Assembly: GCA_965248445.1 (NCBI GenBank)
Contig: CBDFJG010000004.1
Location: forward strand, 576,001 to 640,000
Source of the DNA: Planctomycetota bacterium
Lineage (GTDB): Bacteria; Planctomycetota; JAJSAM01; JAJVHW01
DNA length: 64,000 nt
Direction of reading: 5' to 3'
Shown here: positions 1 to 10,300 of the stretch, piece by piece
Position numbering within the stretch: position 1 is the stretch's first letter
Layout of the letters: each line of letters opens with the position of its first letter
Made by a program: the position numbers and the translations under genes
Notes under the pieces: generated by a model
Told to the model about the DNA's origin: nothing
The model's database searches: none
What the model saw: only the letters and a program-made list of their open reading frames with translations

Positions 1-429
1 GTCGTGATGGAGCGGCTCGCGCCCCTGCCTCCGCCCATCGCACACGAGGTCGTTGCTTGGATGATCGTGACTGCGATGGCCGACGGGCTCTTCGACGACA
101 CCGAGAAGGAGCGCATTCACGCCATCGCGGAGCGCGCACGCCTGCGCCGGGACGAACTGGAGACCCTGTTCGACCGGGGCAAGGTCGGGATGCTCGAGAC
201 CCCGACGCCGCCTGATCTCGAGGAGGGCCGCCGCTGGCTGGCCGAAGCCGCGCGGGTCGCCGTCTCGGACGGGCAGATGCAGCACGGCGAGCGACGGATA
301 CTGAACGTGCTCGCGAGGTCCATCGGCCTGCACTCCGCCGACGTGTCGGTCATCGTCGGCAAGGCGAAGCGGGACCTCTATCGCGAGACGCGCGAGAGCC
401 TGCGGTGGAAGCGAGGAAACGGGCGCTAG
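1..429 (+). CDS. TerB-family (tellurite resistance-like) protein, probably 5'-truncated by the window edge
   Basis: Two TerB-like motifs, AMADGLFDDTEKERI and AVSDGQMQHGERRIL. The frame is open from base 1. Confidence 0.65.
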   Translation, partial: VVMERLAPLPPPIAHEVVAWMIVTAMADGLFDDTEKERIHAIAERARLRRDELETLFDRGKVGMLETPTPPDLEEGRRWLAEAARVAVSDGQMQHGERRILNVLARSIGLHSADVSVIVGKAKRDLYRETRESLRWKRGNGR

Positions 430-1208
430 CGCACGAACCACAACGCCAGCACGCCCACCACGATGCAGTAGGGCCCGAACACGGCCAGCCGTCCCTTCGC
501 AAGCACGCGCAGCAGGAACCACAGTGCACCGAGACCGGACACGAACGCCGCGGCGCACGCCACCGCGAGCTGCGGAGTGTGCCCGGTCGCTGCGAGATCA
601 CCGCTCGCGACGGTCAGAACCACTGCGCCGAGAATTGCGGGGATCGAGAGCAGGAAACTGAACTGCGCGGCGTGCGTCGGCTCGTCGCCGAGGAACATGC
701 CGGTGCCGATTGTGGCGCCGGACCTCGACAGCCCCGGCAGGATGGCGATGGCCTGCGCGACGCCGACGATCGTCGCGTACCGGAATCCCGGCTCTTGGTC
801 CCCACGCCGCGCAGCCTTCGTCAAGAGCAGGAACACACCGGTCACGATCAGGCCGATGCCCGCCACGACGGGACTGTCGAGCGCCGCCTCGATCTGGTCC
901 TTCAGAGTGAGCCCCACGATGACGGCGGGAATGGTCCCGACGACGACCATCCATCCGAGGCGCGCATGCGGCCCGCCCGTGAACACGTCGCGGACGATCC
1001 GGACGATGACCGTGCGGTAGTAGAGAACGACGGCGACGAGCGTGCCGAAGTGGACGGCGATCTCGAGTGCCGGCCCGGGTTGCGGCACCGAGCCGCCCCA
1101 CTTGGCGAGCACTTCCTGCGCGAGCACCAGGTGCCCCGACGAGCTGACGGGCAGAAACTCGGTGAGTCCCTGCAGCACGCCCAGGAACAGAGCCTCCACG
1201 TAGGTCAC
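426..1208 (-). CDS. uppP: Undecaprenyl-diphosphate phosphatase
   Basis: BacA motifs QGLTEFLPVSSSGH, PGLSRSGATI and FSFLLSIPAILGA. Confidence 0.95.
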   Translation of the reverse strand: MTYVEALFLGVLQGLTEFLPVSSSGHLVLAQEVLAKWGGSVPQPGPALEIAVHFGTLVAVVLYYRTVIVRIVRDVFTGGPHARLGWMVVVGTIPAVIVGLTLKDQIEAALDSPVVAGIGLIVTGVFLLLTKAARRGDQEPGFRYATIVGVAQAIAILPGLSRSGATIGTGMFLGDEPTHAAQFSFLLSIPAILGAVVLTVASGDLAATGHTPQLAVACAAAFVSGLGALWFLLRVLAKGRLAVFGPYCIVVGVLALWFVR

Positions 1209-1352
1209 GGGCGGATGCTACGACGCGGGGAGCCCGCGGACAGGGGAACCTCGCGCCCGCTCCCGGGGTTCTCTCCGCGACACCCCGGCGGGGGTATCGT
1301 GCCGGGCTCGCACTCGCCAGGTGGCGGGCGGGACACAATCAGGAGTCATGCC

Positions 1353-3302
1353 ATGATTCGCATCGAGCTTCCGGACGAAATCGTCCTCGAGAAGCCCGCG
1401 GGAATCACGGGTGCCGAAGCCCTCAGTGAAGTGAAGGGGGCGCGGAAGGCCGTGGCTGCGCGGGTGAACGGTGAGGTCGTCGACCTCACGCGCGCAGTCA
1501 CCACCGACGCCACGGTCGAACCGGTCCTGCCGGGCTCGCCGGACGCCCTCGAGGTGCTTCGGCACACGACCGCCCACGTGATGGCGCAGGCCGTGGCGCG
1601 GCACTTCGGCATCGAGAACGTCGAGTTCGCCATCGGTCCCGTGATCGAGAGCGGCTTCTACTACGACTTCGAATTGCCCCGCTCGCTCACCGAGGAGGAC
1701 CTCCCCGCGATCGAGAAGATCATGGAGGGGATCAAGCGCGAGAACCTCGCGATAGCCCGCACCGATGCGCGCGACCGGGACGACGCGCTGGCGACGATTC
1801 GCGCCGACCGAGCAAAGAGCCGGTTCAAGCAGGAGCTGATCGAGGGCTTCCCCGCGGACGAGTCCGTCTCGTTCTACACGCAGGGCGAGTTCACGGATCT
1901 GTGCCGCGGACCGCACCTGCCGTCCACGGGGCGGCTCGGCTTCTTCAAGCTGTTGTCGGTCGCGGGCGCTTACTGGCGCGGTGATGAGAAGCGCGAGCAG
2001 CTCCAGCGTCTATACGCCACGGCGTACTTCGACAAGAAGGAGCTGAAGGCGCACATCCGCCGCCTGGAGGAGGCCGCCAAGCGCGACCATCGCAAGGTCG
2101 GTGCGCGCCTGGACCTGTTCCGCACGCTGCCCGAGGCGCCGGGGTTCCCGTTCTGGCTGCCCAAGGGGACGATCGTCTTCAACGAGCTCATCGACTATCT
2201 ACGCAGCAAGCTGCGCAAGCGCAACTACCAGGAGGTGCGCACGCCGCACATCCTGCTGGACGAGCTGTGGAAGCGGTCCGGCCACTACGACCACTACAAG
2301 GACAACATGTACTTCACGGAGATCGAGGACCGCTCGTTCGCCGTGAAGCCGATGAACTGCCCCGGCGCTGCCCTGACCTTCAACCAGGGCTTGCGCAGCT
2401 ATCGCGAGCTGCCGCTGCGCCTCGCGGAGTTCGGCCTGTGCCACCGCTACGAGCGGAGCGGTACACTGCACGGTCTTACGCGTGTGCGGTCGTTCGTGCA
2501 GGACGACGCGCACATCTTCACGTCGCTCGACGGGCTCCAGGCGGAGATCATCGACCTGATCGAACTGGCCGGCGAGATCTACACCGAGATCGGTTTCGAG
2601 CGGCCCAAGATGGTCCTGTCCACGCGGCCGGACGAACGCACCGGCACCGATGAGATGTGGGATAGCGCCGAGGGCGCGCTCGAACGCGCACTGGTCGCGG
2701 CCGAGTCCGACTACACGGTCGTTCCCGGCGACGGCGCGTTCTACGGACCGAAGATCGACTTCCTGGTCACCGATGCGATCGGCCGCGAGCACCAGACGGC
2801 GACCATCCAGGCCGACTTCTCGCTGGCCGAAAAGTTCGGCTGCGAGTACGTCGCCGAGGACGGTGCGCGGCACGCGCCCGTGGTCGTGCACCGTGCCATC
2901 CTCGGATCGCTCGAGCGCTTCGTCGGGCTCCTCATCGAGCACTTCGATGGCGCCTTCCCTCTCTGGCTCTCGCCGGAGCACGCACGGGTGTTGCCGGTCT
3001 CGGAGGAGCGCCACATGGAGCACGCGCGCGCTGTCGAGACGGCGCTCCGTGCTGCGGACCTGCGGGCCAAGGTGGACTGGTCCAACAACAAGCTCGGCAA
3101 GATGATCCGCGAGGCCACGCTGCAGAAGGTCCCGTACCTGCTCGTCGTGGGCGACCGCGAGGTCGAGGCGGGCACAGTGGCGGTGCGGCGGCGGGACGGC
3201 ACGGACTGCGGGTCGCTCGCAGTCGCGGATCTCGTCGGGAGACTCGTCGAGGAGCGTGCGTCGCGCAGTGCGGCTCCGCTCCTCGGCGACACGACCGCGT
3301 AG
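1353..3302 (+). CDS. thrS: Threonine--tRNA ligase
   Basis: TGS domain, HTTAHVMAQA, DLCRGPH, KPMNCPG, GLTRVRSFVQDDAH, GAFYGPKID, HRAILGSLERF. ATG at 1353 follows AGGAG at 1341-1345. Confidence 0.97.
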   Translation: MIRIELPDEIVLEKPAGITGAEALSEVKGARKAVAARVNGEVVDLTRAVTTDATVEPVLPGSPDALEVLRHTTAHVMAQAVARHFGIENVEFAIGPVIESGFYYDFELPRSLTEEDLPAIEKIMEGIKRENLAIARTDARDRDDALATIRADRAKSRFKQELIEGFPADESVSFYTQGEFTDLCRGPHLPSTGRLGFFKLLSVAGAYWRGDEKREQLQRLYATAYFDKKELKAHIRRLEEAAKRDHRKVGARLDLFRTLPEAPGFPFWLPKGTIVFNELIDYLRSKLRKRNYQEVRTPHILLDELWKRSGHYDHYKDNMYFTEIEDRSFAVKPMNCPGAALTFNQGLRSYRELPLRLAEFGLCHRYERSGTLHGLTRVRSFVQDDAHIFTSLDGLQAEIIDLIELAGEIYTEIGFERPKMVLSTRPDERTGTDEMWDSAEGALERALVAAESDYTVVPGDGAFYGPKIDFLVTDAIGREHQTATIQADFSLAEKFGCEYVAEDGARHAPVVVHRAILGSLERFVGLLIEHFDGAFPLWLSPEHARVLPVSEERHMEHARAVETALRAADLRAKVDWSNNKLGKMIREATLQKVPYLLVVGDREVEAGTVAVRRRDGTDCGSLAVADLVGRLVEERASRSAAPLLGDTTA

Positions 3303-3329
3303 TCGGCAGAGACCCAAGGAGCAGCCTGG

Positions 3330-4268
3330 ATGCGAATTCTGATCACTGGTGCGGGCGGCCAGGTCGGCCTCGAGCTGATCAAGGCACTCGTCGAGAGCGG
3401 CAACGACGTCATCGCAACCGACGTTCGCAGGCCGCCCGAGAACGCCGCCGACGGCGCCCGCTGGGATCAGCTCGACATCACCCGCAAGGACGACGTCCTC
3501 GACATGATCGAGGACAACGAGCCCGACGTCGTCTACCACCTCGCCGCGATCCTCTCCGCGACCGGTGAGAGGATCCCGCAGAAGACGTACAACGTCAATC
3601 AGAACGGCACGTATCACGTGCTCGAGGCGTGCCGGATCCACAACGTTCCGCGCGTCATGTACGCGAGCACGATCGCCGCGTTCGGTCCGGGTCTTCCCGA
3701 TCCCGTCCCGAACGAGATCTCCATGCGACCGACCACGATGTACGGAATCACGAAGGTCGCCGGCGAACTGCTCGGCGAGTACTACACCCAGCGCGGCTGG
3801 ACCGATTTCCGTGCCGTGCGGTTTCCTGGACTGATCAACGCGGGCGATCCCGGCGGCGGCACGAGCGACTACGCGTTGCACATGTACGTCACCGGCATCG
3901 CCGAGGGCGCGTACGAGTCGTTCTGCACGGCAGAGACGCGCATCCCCCTCATGTACATGCCGGACGCCATCCGCGCGCTGATCGAACTGCCGCTGGCCAA
4001 GCGCTCTGATCTGGGCGCGCGCTGCGTCTACAACATCGCCGCGATGAGCCCCACCGCGGGTCAGATCGCGGCGAGCGTCGCGAGGGCGGTGCCGGGAGTC
4101 GAACTGACGTTCCGGAGCGACCCCGCTCGCCAGGCGATCCTCGACAGCTGGCCGAGGGCCCTCGACGACTCCGCCGCCCGCGCGGACTGGGGCTGGAAGC
4201 ACGAGTTCGACCTCGAGACGATGTCCGCCGACCTCGTCCCGAAGATTCGCGCGATGCTGAGCCGGTAA
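3330..4268 (+). CDS. tdh: Extended SDR, L-threonine 3-dehydrogenase type
   Basis: GAGGQVG Rossmann motif, HLAAILSATGE, YGITK, and the PGGGTSDYA and LDSWP motifs typical of SDR threonine dehydrogenases. Confidence 0.8.
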   Translation: MRILITGAGGQVGLELIKALVESGNDVIATDVRRPPENAADGARWDQLDITRKDDVLDMIEDNEPDVVYHLAAILSATGERIPQKTYNVNQNGTYHVLEACRIHNVPRVMYASTIAAFGPGLPDPVPNEISMRPTTMYGITKVAGELLGEYYTQRGWTDFRAVRFPGLINAGDPGGGTSDYALHMYVTGIAEGAYESFCTAETRIPLMYMPDAIRALIELPLAKRSDLGARCVYNIAAMSPTAGQIAASVARAVPGVELTFRSDPARQAILDSWPRALDDSAARADWGWKHEFDLETMSADLVPKIRAMLSR

Positions 4269-4406
4269 GCGCCGGGGCTCGCTGCAGGCTCGATCCGGCC
4301 GCCGCGGCGGTCCGGTCTCAACCCCACCTCCCGGGATTACCGATGCGGACGAAGAGTCGCCCCTCTCGGGGTGGCCGAAGGTTCGTTCTTCCCGGGAGAG
4401 ACCCGC

Positions 4407-5990
4407 ATGCGCAAGTGCCTGCACTGCGGCGGCAAGCTCAGCACCCGGGAATCCCTCTGCCCGGAGTGCGACCTCGTGCCCGGAATCGAGCACGAGCTCG
4501 TCGATCTCGAGACGACCGACGACTACGAGGCGGAGGATCTCGTCGGTCACGTTGACGAGGTCACCGAGGCGATCTCCGAGCGTTGGAACGAGTTCCTCGT
4601 CGGCGACGCCCGTGGCGAGAGCTCGTCGCAGGAGTGCGCGGTCGACGACCTGCCCGTCCTCATGCCGATCGCCAGGAGCAACGCGCGCGGCGAGGGACTG
4701 TCAGTGAAGCTGACGCCCCACTTCGACGTGCACTCCGCTCCGGCAGACTCGTTGCCGGTGGTCCACCTCCTGTTCGACGTCGAGCCCAGCGGACCCGCGC
4801 TGGTCGCACCGGCGGACGGCGCCGTGGCCCACGTGATCCTCGCGCTCGATCTCTCCGGCAGCATGAACCACGCGGACAAGTACCCGGTCCTGCGGCGCGC
4901 TCTCGAGCGCATGCTCGACGATCTGCAGGCATCCCTGGACGGCGACGTGCTCCTCAGCATCGTCGTGTTCGCATACGGCTCGGAGACGCTGCTGCGCGAC
5001 CGCCCCGCCTCGACACTCGACGTGCGAGAGGTGCTGAAGCTGATCGACGAGTCAAGCCTCCTGTTCTCGCGCTACACCGACCTGTCCGGCGCACTCAGCC
5101 GCGCCGGGCGGATCGCCTTCGACTCCCACAAGGCGAACCCCCGTCTCCCGATCCGCATCTACGCGCTCACCGACGGCCGCCCCCAGGACATGCAACGCGC
5201 AAAGGAGGCCATCCAGCGCATCGAGCGTCTGCCGGTTGACGTGCACGGCCTCGCATTCGGCGCCGACGCCGACGTGCAAGCGCTGCAGGAGGTCATCGGC
5301 GGAGTCGGAGGCGGGACCGTCCAGTCGGTGCGCTCCGAGATGCTCGCCGACGCGTTCGGCCACATCGCTGCGCTGGCGCGCCGCGTTGTGGCCAAGCGTG
5401 CACTCCTCGATGTCCAACTGGCACCCGGAGTCGTGGGCGGGCGCGCTTACCGCTACCGTCCGGGCCGCTTCGCGTTTGGCCGGACGGCGTTCGAGAACGG
5501 GCGCCTGTTCGCGCGCGATCTCGGCACGCTGGAAGCCGGACGCAAGTACTCGCTGTTCTTCGAGTTGCGCCTCCCCTCCACGGCGGAGGACGCGACCGAG
5601 CTCGGGCGCATCACGCTACGCGTACCCGGAGAGGGCGGTGCGCGCACCTTCGAGAGCCTGCTCTCGATCCCCCGCCACAAGGGCGTCTACACGCCGACTC
5701 CCCATCCGACCGTCATGGAGGCCCGCGCCGTCCTCGACGCGATGGACTCCGACGACTCACAGACGCTGCTGCGTTCGCTCACCGCGCGCCGCCGCATCTA
5801 TGTCGAAGAACGCCGCGATCCGTATCTGGTCGCGCTGCTCGATCGCGCAATTCACGAACTGGAGGCCACGGGCTCACTCGACGCACTGTCGAAGTCCGAG
5901 CGTGCGGCCCTTCTGTCCCACACCCAGTCGGTCGCCACGGAAGAGACCGACAAGTCCCCACAGGTCGCGGACACGGCGTCCGCAAGGTAG
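4407..5990 (+). CDS. vWA-domain protein with N-terminal zinc ribbon
   Basis: CLHC...CPEC at the N-terminus and an intact MIDAS motif (DLSGSM...T...LTDG). Confidence 0.8.
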   Translation: MRKCLHCGGKLSTRESLCPECDLVPGIEHELVDLETTDDYEAEDLVGHVDEVTEAISERWNEFLVGDARGESSSQECAVDDLPVLMPIARSNARGEGLSVKLTPHFDVHSAPADSLPVVHLLFDVEPSGPALVAPADGAVAHVILALDLSGSMNHADKYPVLRRALERMLDDLQASLDGDVLLSIVVFAYGSETLLRDRPASTLDVREVLKLIDESSLLFSRYTDLSGALSRAGRIAFDSHKANPRLPIRIYALTDGRPQDMQRAKEAIQRIERLPVDVHGLAFGADADVQALQEVIGGVGGGTVQSVRSEMLADAFGHIAALARRVVAKRALLDVQLAPGVVGGRAYRYRPGRFAFGRTAFENGRLFARDLGTLEAGRKYSLFFELRLPSTAEDATELGRITLRVPGEGGARTFESLLSIPRHKGVYTPTPHPTVMEARAVLDAMDSDDSQTLLRSLTARRRIYVEERRDPYLVALLDRAIHELEATGSLDALSKSERAALLSHTQSVATEETDKSPQVADTASAR

Positions 5991-5996
5991 AGCACC

Positions 5997-7037
5997 ATGA
6001 GCACCACAACTCGCAAGTCAGACAACGACCTGTCGGCGCGTGAACGCCGCGTCGATCGCCGGCTCGAGGCGCGCAACGAAGAGGGCCTCGTCGAAGCCCT
6101 CGCCCAGCTGCGTGGCACCGTCGTCGGCGGCCGCTACGAGCTCGGACGCGTGTATGCAATCGGCGGCCAGGGCATCGTCTTCGACGCGTCCGATCTGCGC
6201 GACCCCGCGCGGACGATCGTCGCGAAGATGGCGCTCCTCCCGCTGCATCGGTCGTTCGACCTGTCGCCGGACGAGGTGCGCAGGTTGCGATACGCGCTGC
6301 GCGTCGAGGGACAGTACCTGATGTCGAGCGACAGCCCGTTCATGGCCGAGGGCATGGGCGTCCACGAGTTCCAGAACACGCTGCTCGACGCGGCACGCGG
6401 CGATGCGTTCTCGGAGCCGGAGCCGGCACTCGTCATGGAGAAGCTGCCGGGGCAAGACCTCGACAAGTGGATGGCCCGCGTTCACGCGCGCAACGTCCCC
6501 TCCGAGATCCTCCGCAAGACGGTCGACCGCATCACGGTGAACCTCGCTCAGGCGCTCACCGACCTGCGCCGTCGGGGCATGCTGTTCGCCGACCTGCGAC
6601 CGGGGAACCTCCGGATCATGGGACGCCCCCGCCGCCGCATCCGCCTCATGGACGCCGGGAGCCTCGTCTCGGCGCACGACCAGAGCGGGCGCTTCCCGCA
6701 CGTCCCCGCCTACCTCCCGCCGGCCGTCTTCGCGGCCCGCGAGAGCGGCGCGCGCATCGTGCCCTCGGACCGCATCGAGGCGGTCATGGCCGGCCGCACG
6801 CTGTTCGAGGTCGCCACCGGCCGCGTCCCCCTCCCCGGTCAGGACTGCGACCTGGACCTGCTCTACAAGGCGCCGGCGTCACCGCCGGTGGCCGAGGCCA
6901 TCGCCTCGCTCTGCAAGGGTCTCCACTCGGACACGAGCTCGGCCCTGCGCTTCCTCCAGCGCAACGCAAACAAGCGCGTCAGACGCGAGAAGCCGAAGCG
7001 GACGCATCAGCGGTTCGGCAGAGAACCCCTCGCCTAG
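5997..7037 (+). CDS. Divergent Ser/Thr protein kinase-like protein
   Basis: IGGQGIV glycine loop, VAKM, LVMEKLPG, FADLRPGN catalytic loop, and DAG in place of DFG. Confidence 0.75.
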   Translation: MSTTTRKSDNDLSARERRVDRRLEARNEEGLVEALAQLRGTVVGGRYELGRVYAIGGQGIVFDASDLRDPARTIVAKMALLPLHRSFDLSPDEVRRLRYALRVEGQYLMSSDSPFMAEGMGVHEFQNTLLDAARGDAFSEPEPALVMEKLPGQDLDKWMARVHARNVPSEILRKTVDRITVNLAQALTDLRRRGMLFADLRPGNLRIMGRPRRRIRLMDAGSLVSAHDQSGRFPHVPAYLPPAVFAARESGARIVPSDRIEAVMAGRTLFEVATGRVPLPGQDCDLDLLYKAPASPPVAEAIASLCKGLHSDTSSALRFLQRNANKRVRREKPKRTHQRFGREPLA

Positions 7038-7130
7038 GCGAGGGGCGCGGTCTGCCGAACCGGATGTCGCGGCGTGCAGATTGCGTGGCAATCCACACTC
7101 CGCGACCCGCGCGCCTTTGGCGCGATCTTG

Positions 7131-7258
7131 TCTCCCTCCTACGCGTCCTCCGGACGCTACGGACGACCTCGTTCACGCCGCGTGCTACGCACGCACCGCG
7201 CCCTCGCGGTTCGCACTCGCCGAGCGTCCTGCTGTAGGGGCGGGGCGCTGCCCCGCCC
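7131..7258. repeat. Structured intergenic element, copy 1, ending in a GTAG-REP-like hairpin
   Basis: GTAG+GGGCGGGGC-GCT-GCCCCGCCC at 7234-7258. Bases 7131-7165 match 45357-45391 at 29 of 35 nt. Confidence 0.6.
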
Positions 7259-7329
7259 GCGACCGGATGACGGCACTCGCTCGTCTCGGCCGGGGTCGTT
7301 AGGTTGCCGGGTTCTCCCCGGAGCCCCGC

Positions 7330-10300
7330 ATGCGCAAGTTCGTTCCTCTGGCCGCCGTCGCCCTCTTCGTCGCCACCACGTTCGCGAGCGCCGGGGAAGT
7401 CGACCTGCCTCGCTTCCCGTCGGTCAGCCCGGACGGATCGCGGGTGGCGTTCTCCTGGCGGGGCGACATCTGGAGCGTGCCCACCAACGGTGGCGGGGCG
7501 ACGCGGCTGACCGCGAACCCGGGGAACGATCTGCGCACGTCGTGGAGCCCCGACGGCCGCTTCCTGGCGTTCGACTCCGACCGCAGCGGCTACCTGAACC
7601 TGCATGTGATGAACGCCGCCGGAGGCGACGTTGGGCAGGTGACGTTCGAGGATGCGAGTTGCCTGCTCTCCGGGTTCGCGCCGGACGGTGGCTCGCTCCT
7701 GTTCGAGGCCCGTCGCGAGGGCGACGTGTTCCGCGAGATGCGCCCGTACAGCGTGCCCGTCGCAGGCGGTGCGATCAGCCGCGTGCACGACGCGTTCGGA
7801 AGGACACCCCGGCGCTCGCCGAACGGCGCGCAAACGGTCTTCACGCGCGGTGGCTCGAGCTGGACCCGCCGGGGGTATCGCGGGCCGGACGCGCGGGACG
7901 TGTGGATCCGCAACGAGGCCGACGGGTCGTTCCGCCGTCTCACCACCTGGCCAGGCAACGACGGCATGGCCAGATGGAGCGGGAACAGCCGGCTCGTCTA
8001 CCTGTCCGATCGCCACCACGGCGCAGTGAACGTCTGGGCCCTCGACGTCGCGTCCGGCGACGGGTCGGCACGCGCTCTCACGACCGGCCGGAACGAAGAC
8101 GTCACGTGGCTCGACGTCTCGGCCGACGGGAGCACGGCGGTGTTCTCGTCTTGGGACAGGCTGTACGCGCTCGATCTGCGCACTCCCGGCGCGAAGCCGG
8201 CGAGGATCGCAATCCATGCCGCGGAGGAGAGCCGAGACGCCACGTTCACGCGGGACGTCGGTTCGGACGCGCAGGAGGCCGAGCTCAATCCCGACGGCAA
8301 GACGCTCGCGTGCATCGCCTATGGCGAGCTCTTCGTGCGCGGCATCGAGAAGGAGTCGCCGACCGTCCGCGTGACGCGCGATCACGCACGCGACAAGCAC
8401 GTCGTCTGGTCGCCCGACGGCATGACGCTCTACTTCGTGTCCGACAAGACCGGCGCGGACGGGATCTACACCGCCACGGTGAAGGAGACCCGCACGGACA
8501 TCCGCAAGGCGCTGGAGCCGAAGAAGCCGGAGGAGGACGCCGAGCCTGAGCCGCCCGAGGCCGCGGACGATGACGCGGAGTCCGACGACGAGAACGCAGA
8601 GGACGGCGCCGCCGACGCCGAGCCGGAGAGCAGCGGCGACGAAGACGGTGAGAACGAAGACCCGGAAGAGGAAGAGCCGGAAGAGGAAGACAACGACGAG
8701 AAGAAGACGAAGAAGGAGAAGCCCCCCGGCACCGAGCGCTGGCACGATGCGGTGTCGTTCGAGATACAGCCGCTCCTGGTCGACGATCACGCCGACCGCG
8801 GGCCGTCCCCCTCACCCGACGGCAAGTCGCTGCTGTTCCGGCGCGGACTGGGAAACCTCTGCGTGCTCGACCTCGCCACGAAGACCGTGCGCGTCCTCTC
8901 ACCCGGCTGGGACCGCAGCCTCCGCTATCGCTGGAGCCCGGACAGCCGGCACGTCGCCTTGAGCCGGAACGATCGCGACTTCAACGAGGACATCTGGATC
9001 GTTCGAGCGGACGGCACCACGCCTCCTGTGAACATCTCCAGGCACCCCGACGACGACCGGGCTCCTCGGTGGTCGGCCGACGGCAAGATCCTCGCGTTCT
9101 CGTCATCGCGCTACGACGAGCAGTCCGACGTGTACGTCGTGTTCCTCGACAAGACGCTCGAGGCGATGACGAAGCTCGAGCGCAAGAGGTACTTCGAGGA
9201 CGCCGGCAAGGCGACGAAGGCTCGCAAACCGCTCCCCCCGCCCGACGATGCAGCGGACGACGAAAAGCCCGACGAGAAGAACAACGAGAAGGACGCTGAC
9301 GACGAAGAGGAGGTAGAGCCGTTCGAGCTCGATCTCGACGACGCCTACCGCCGCGTGCGACGTGTCACGACGTCGCAGGACAACGAGTTCGTCGCACTCT
9401 TCACCGCCAGTGGCGAGACGCTGGTCTACAGCGATGGCAAGACGCTGCGATCCGTCAAGTGGGACGGCACCGACTCGCAGCAGCTGCGCGGCTCCCGTAC
9501 ATCGGTCACCGGTCTCTCGCTGAAGGGAGACAAGATCGTCTACATCGCCGGCAGCAAGCCCGGCCTGATGAACGCGGGCGGGGGCGGTGACGAGAGCCTG
9601 CCCGTCGCAGCGCGCGTCGAGTTCGAGCACGCCGCGTTCGCGGAACAGCGTTTCCGTGAGGCGGCCGGCGTCGTGGGCGAGGTCTTCTACCACCCCACGA
9701 TGAAGGGCCGCGACTGGCCGGCACTCACCGAGCGATACCTCCAGCTCGCGCGTCGCGCCCGCACCAGCAACGAGTTCGACGAGATCGCGGGCCGGCTGCT
9801 CGGCGAGCTGAACGCCTCGCACCTGGGCATCCGGTCACCGGCCACCCCGAACACCGCGCGCGTCCCGAACGGCCGCCTCGGCGTGGATGCCGAATCGGCG
9901 CCGGACGGCTGGCTCATCACACGGGTCCTGGAGGACGGCCCCGCGGATCAAGACACCATGCGCCTTCTTGTCGGCGATGTCGTGACGTCCATCGACCAGA
10001 CCGGCGTGCGCCCCGGTCTCGAGTTCGCCGCTCACCTGCGGGGCATGACCGGCCGCGAGGTGGTCGTCGAGGTGCTTCGAGCCGGTGAAGACGGTCAGCG
10101 AGCAACGATCCGGCTGCTGCTCACGCCCGTGTCGGGGCGTGCGGAGAACGAACTGCGGTACCAGAATTGGACGCGCGAGAACCTCGCGCGGGTCGAAGAG
10201 CTGTCGGACGGTCGGGTCGGATACGCGCACATCCGGTCGATGAACCGCTCGTCCCTCCGCGACTTCGAGCGCGATCTCTACGCCGCTATGTCGGGGAAGG

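Noticed and set aside
405..1352. 5' extension of the thrS ORF, and the many long antisense or alternative-frame ORFs in the track
   Set aside because: Shadow frames of real genes in high-GC DNA, with Arg/Pro/Ala-rich translations and no motifs.
1209..1352. T-box or other structured thrS leader
   Set aside because: Only 144 nt, shared with the divergent uppP, and no T-box consensus seen.
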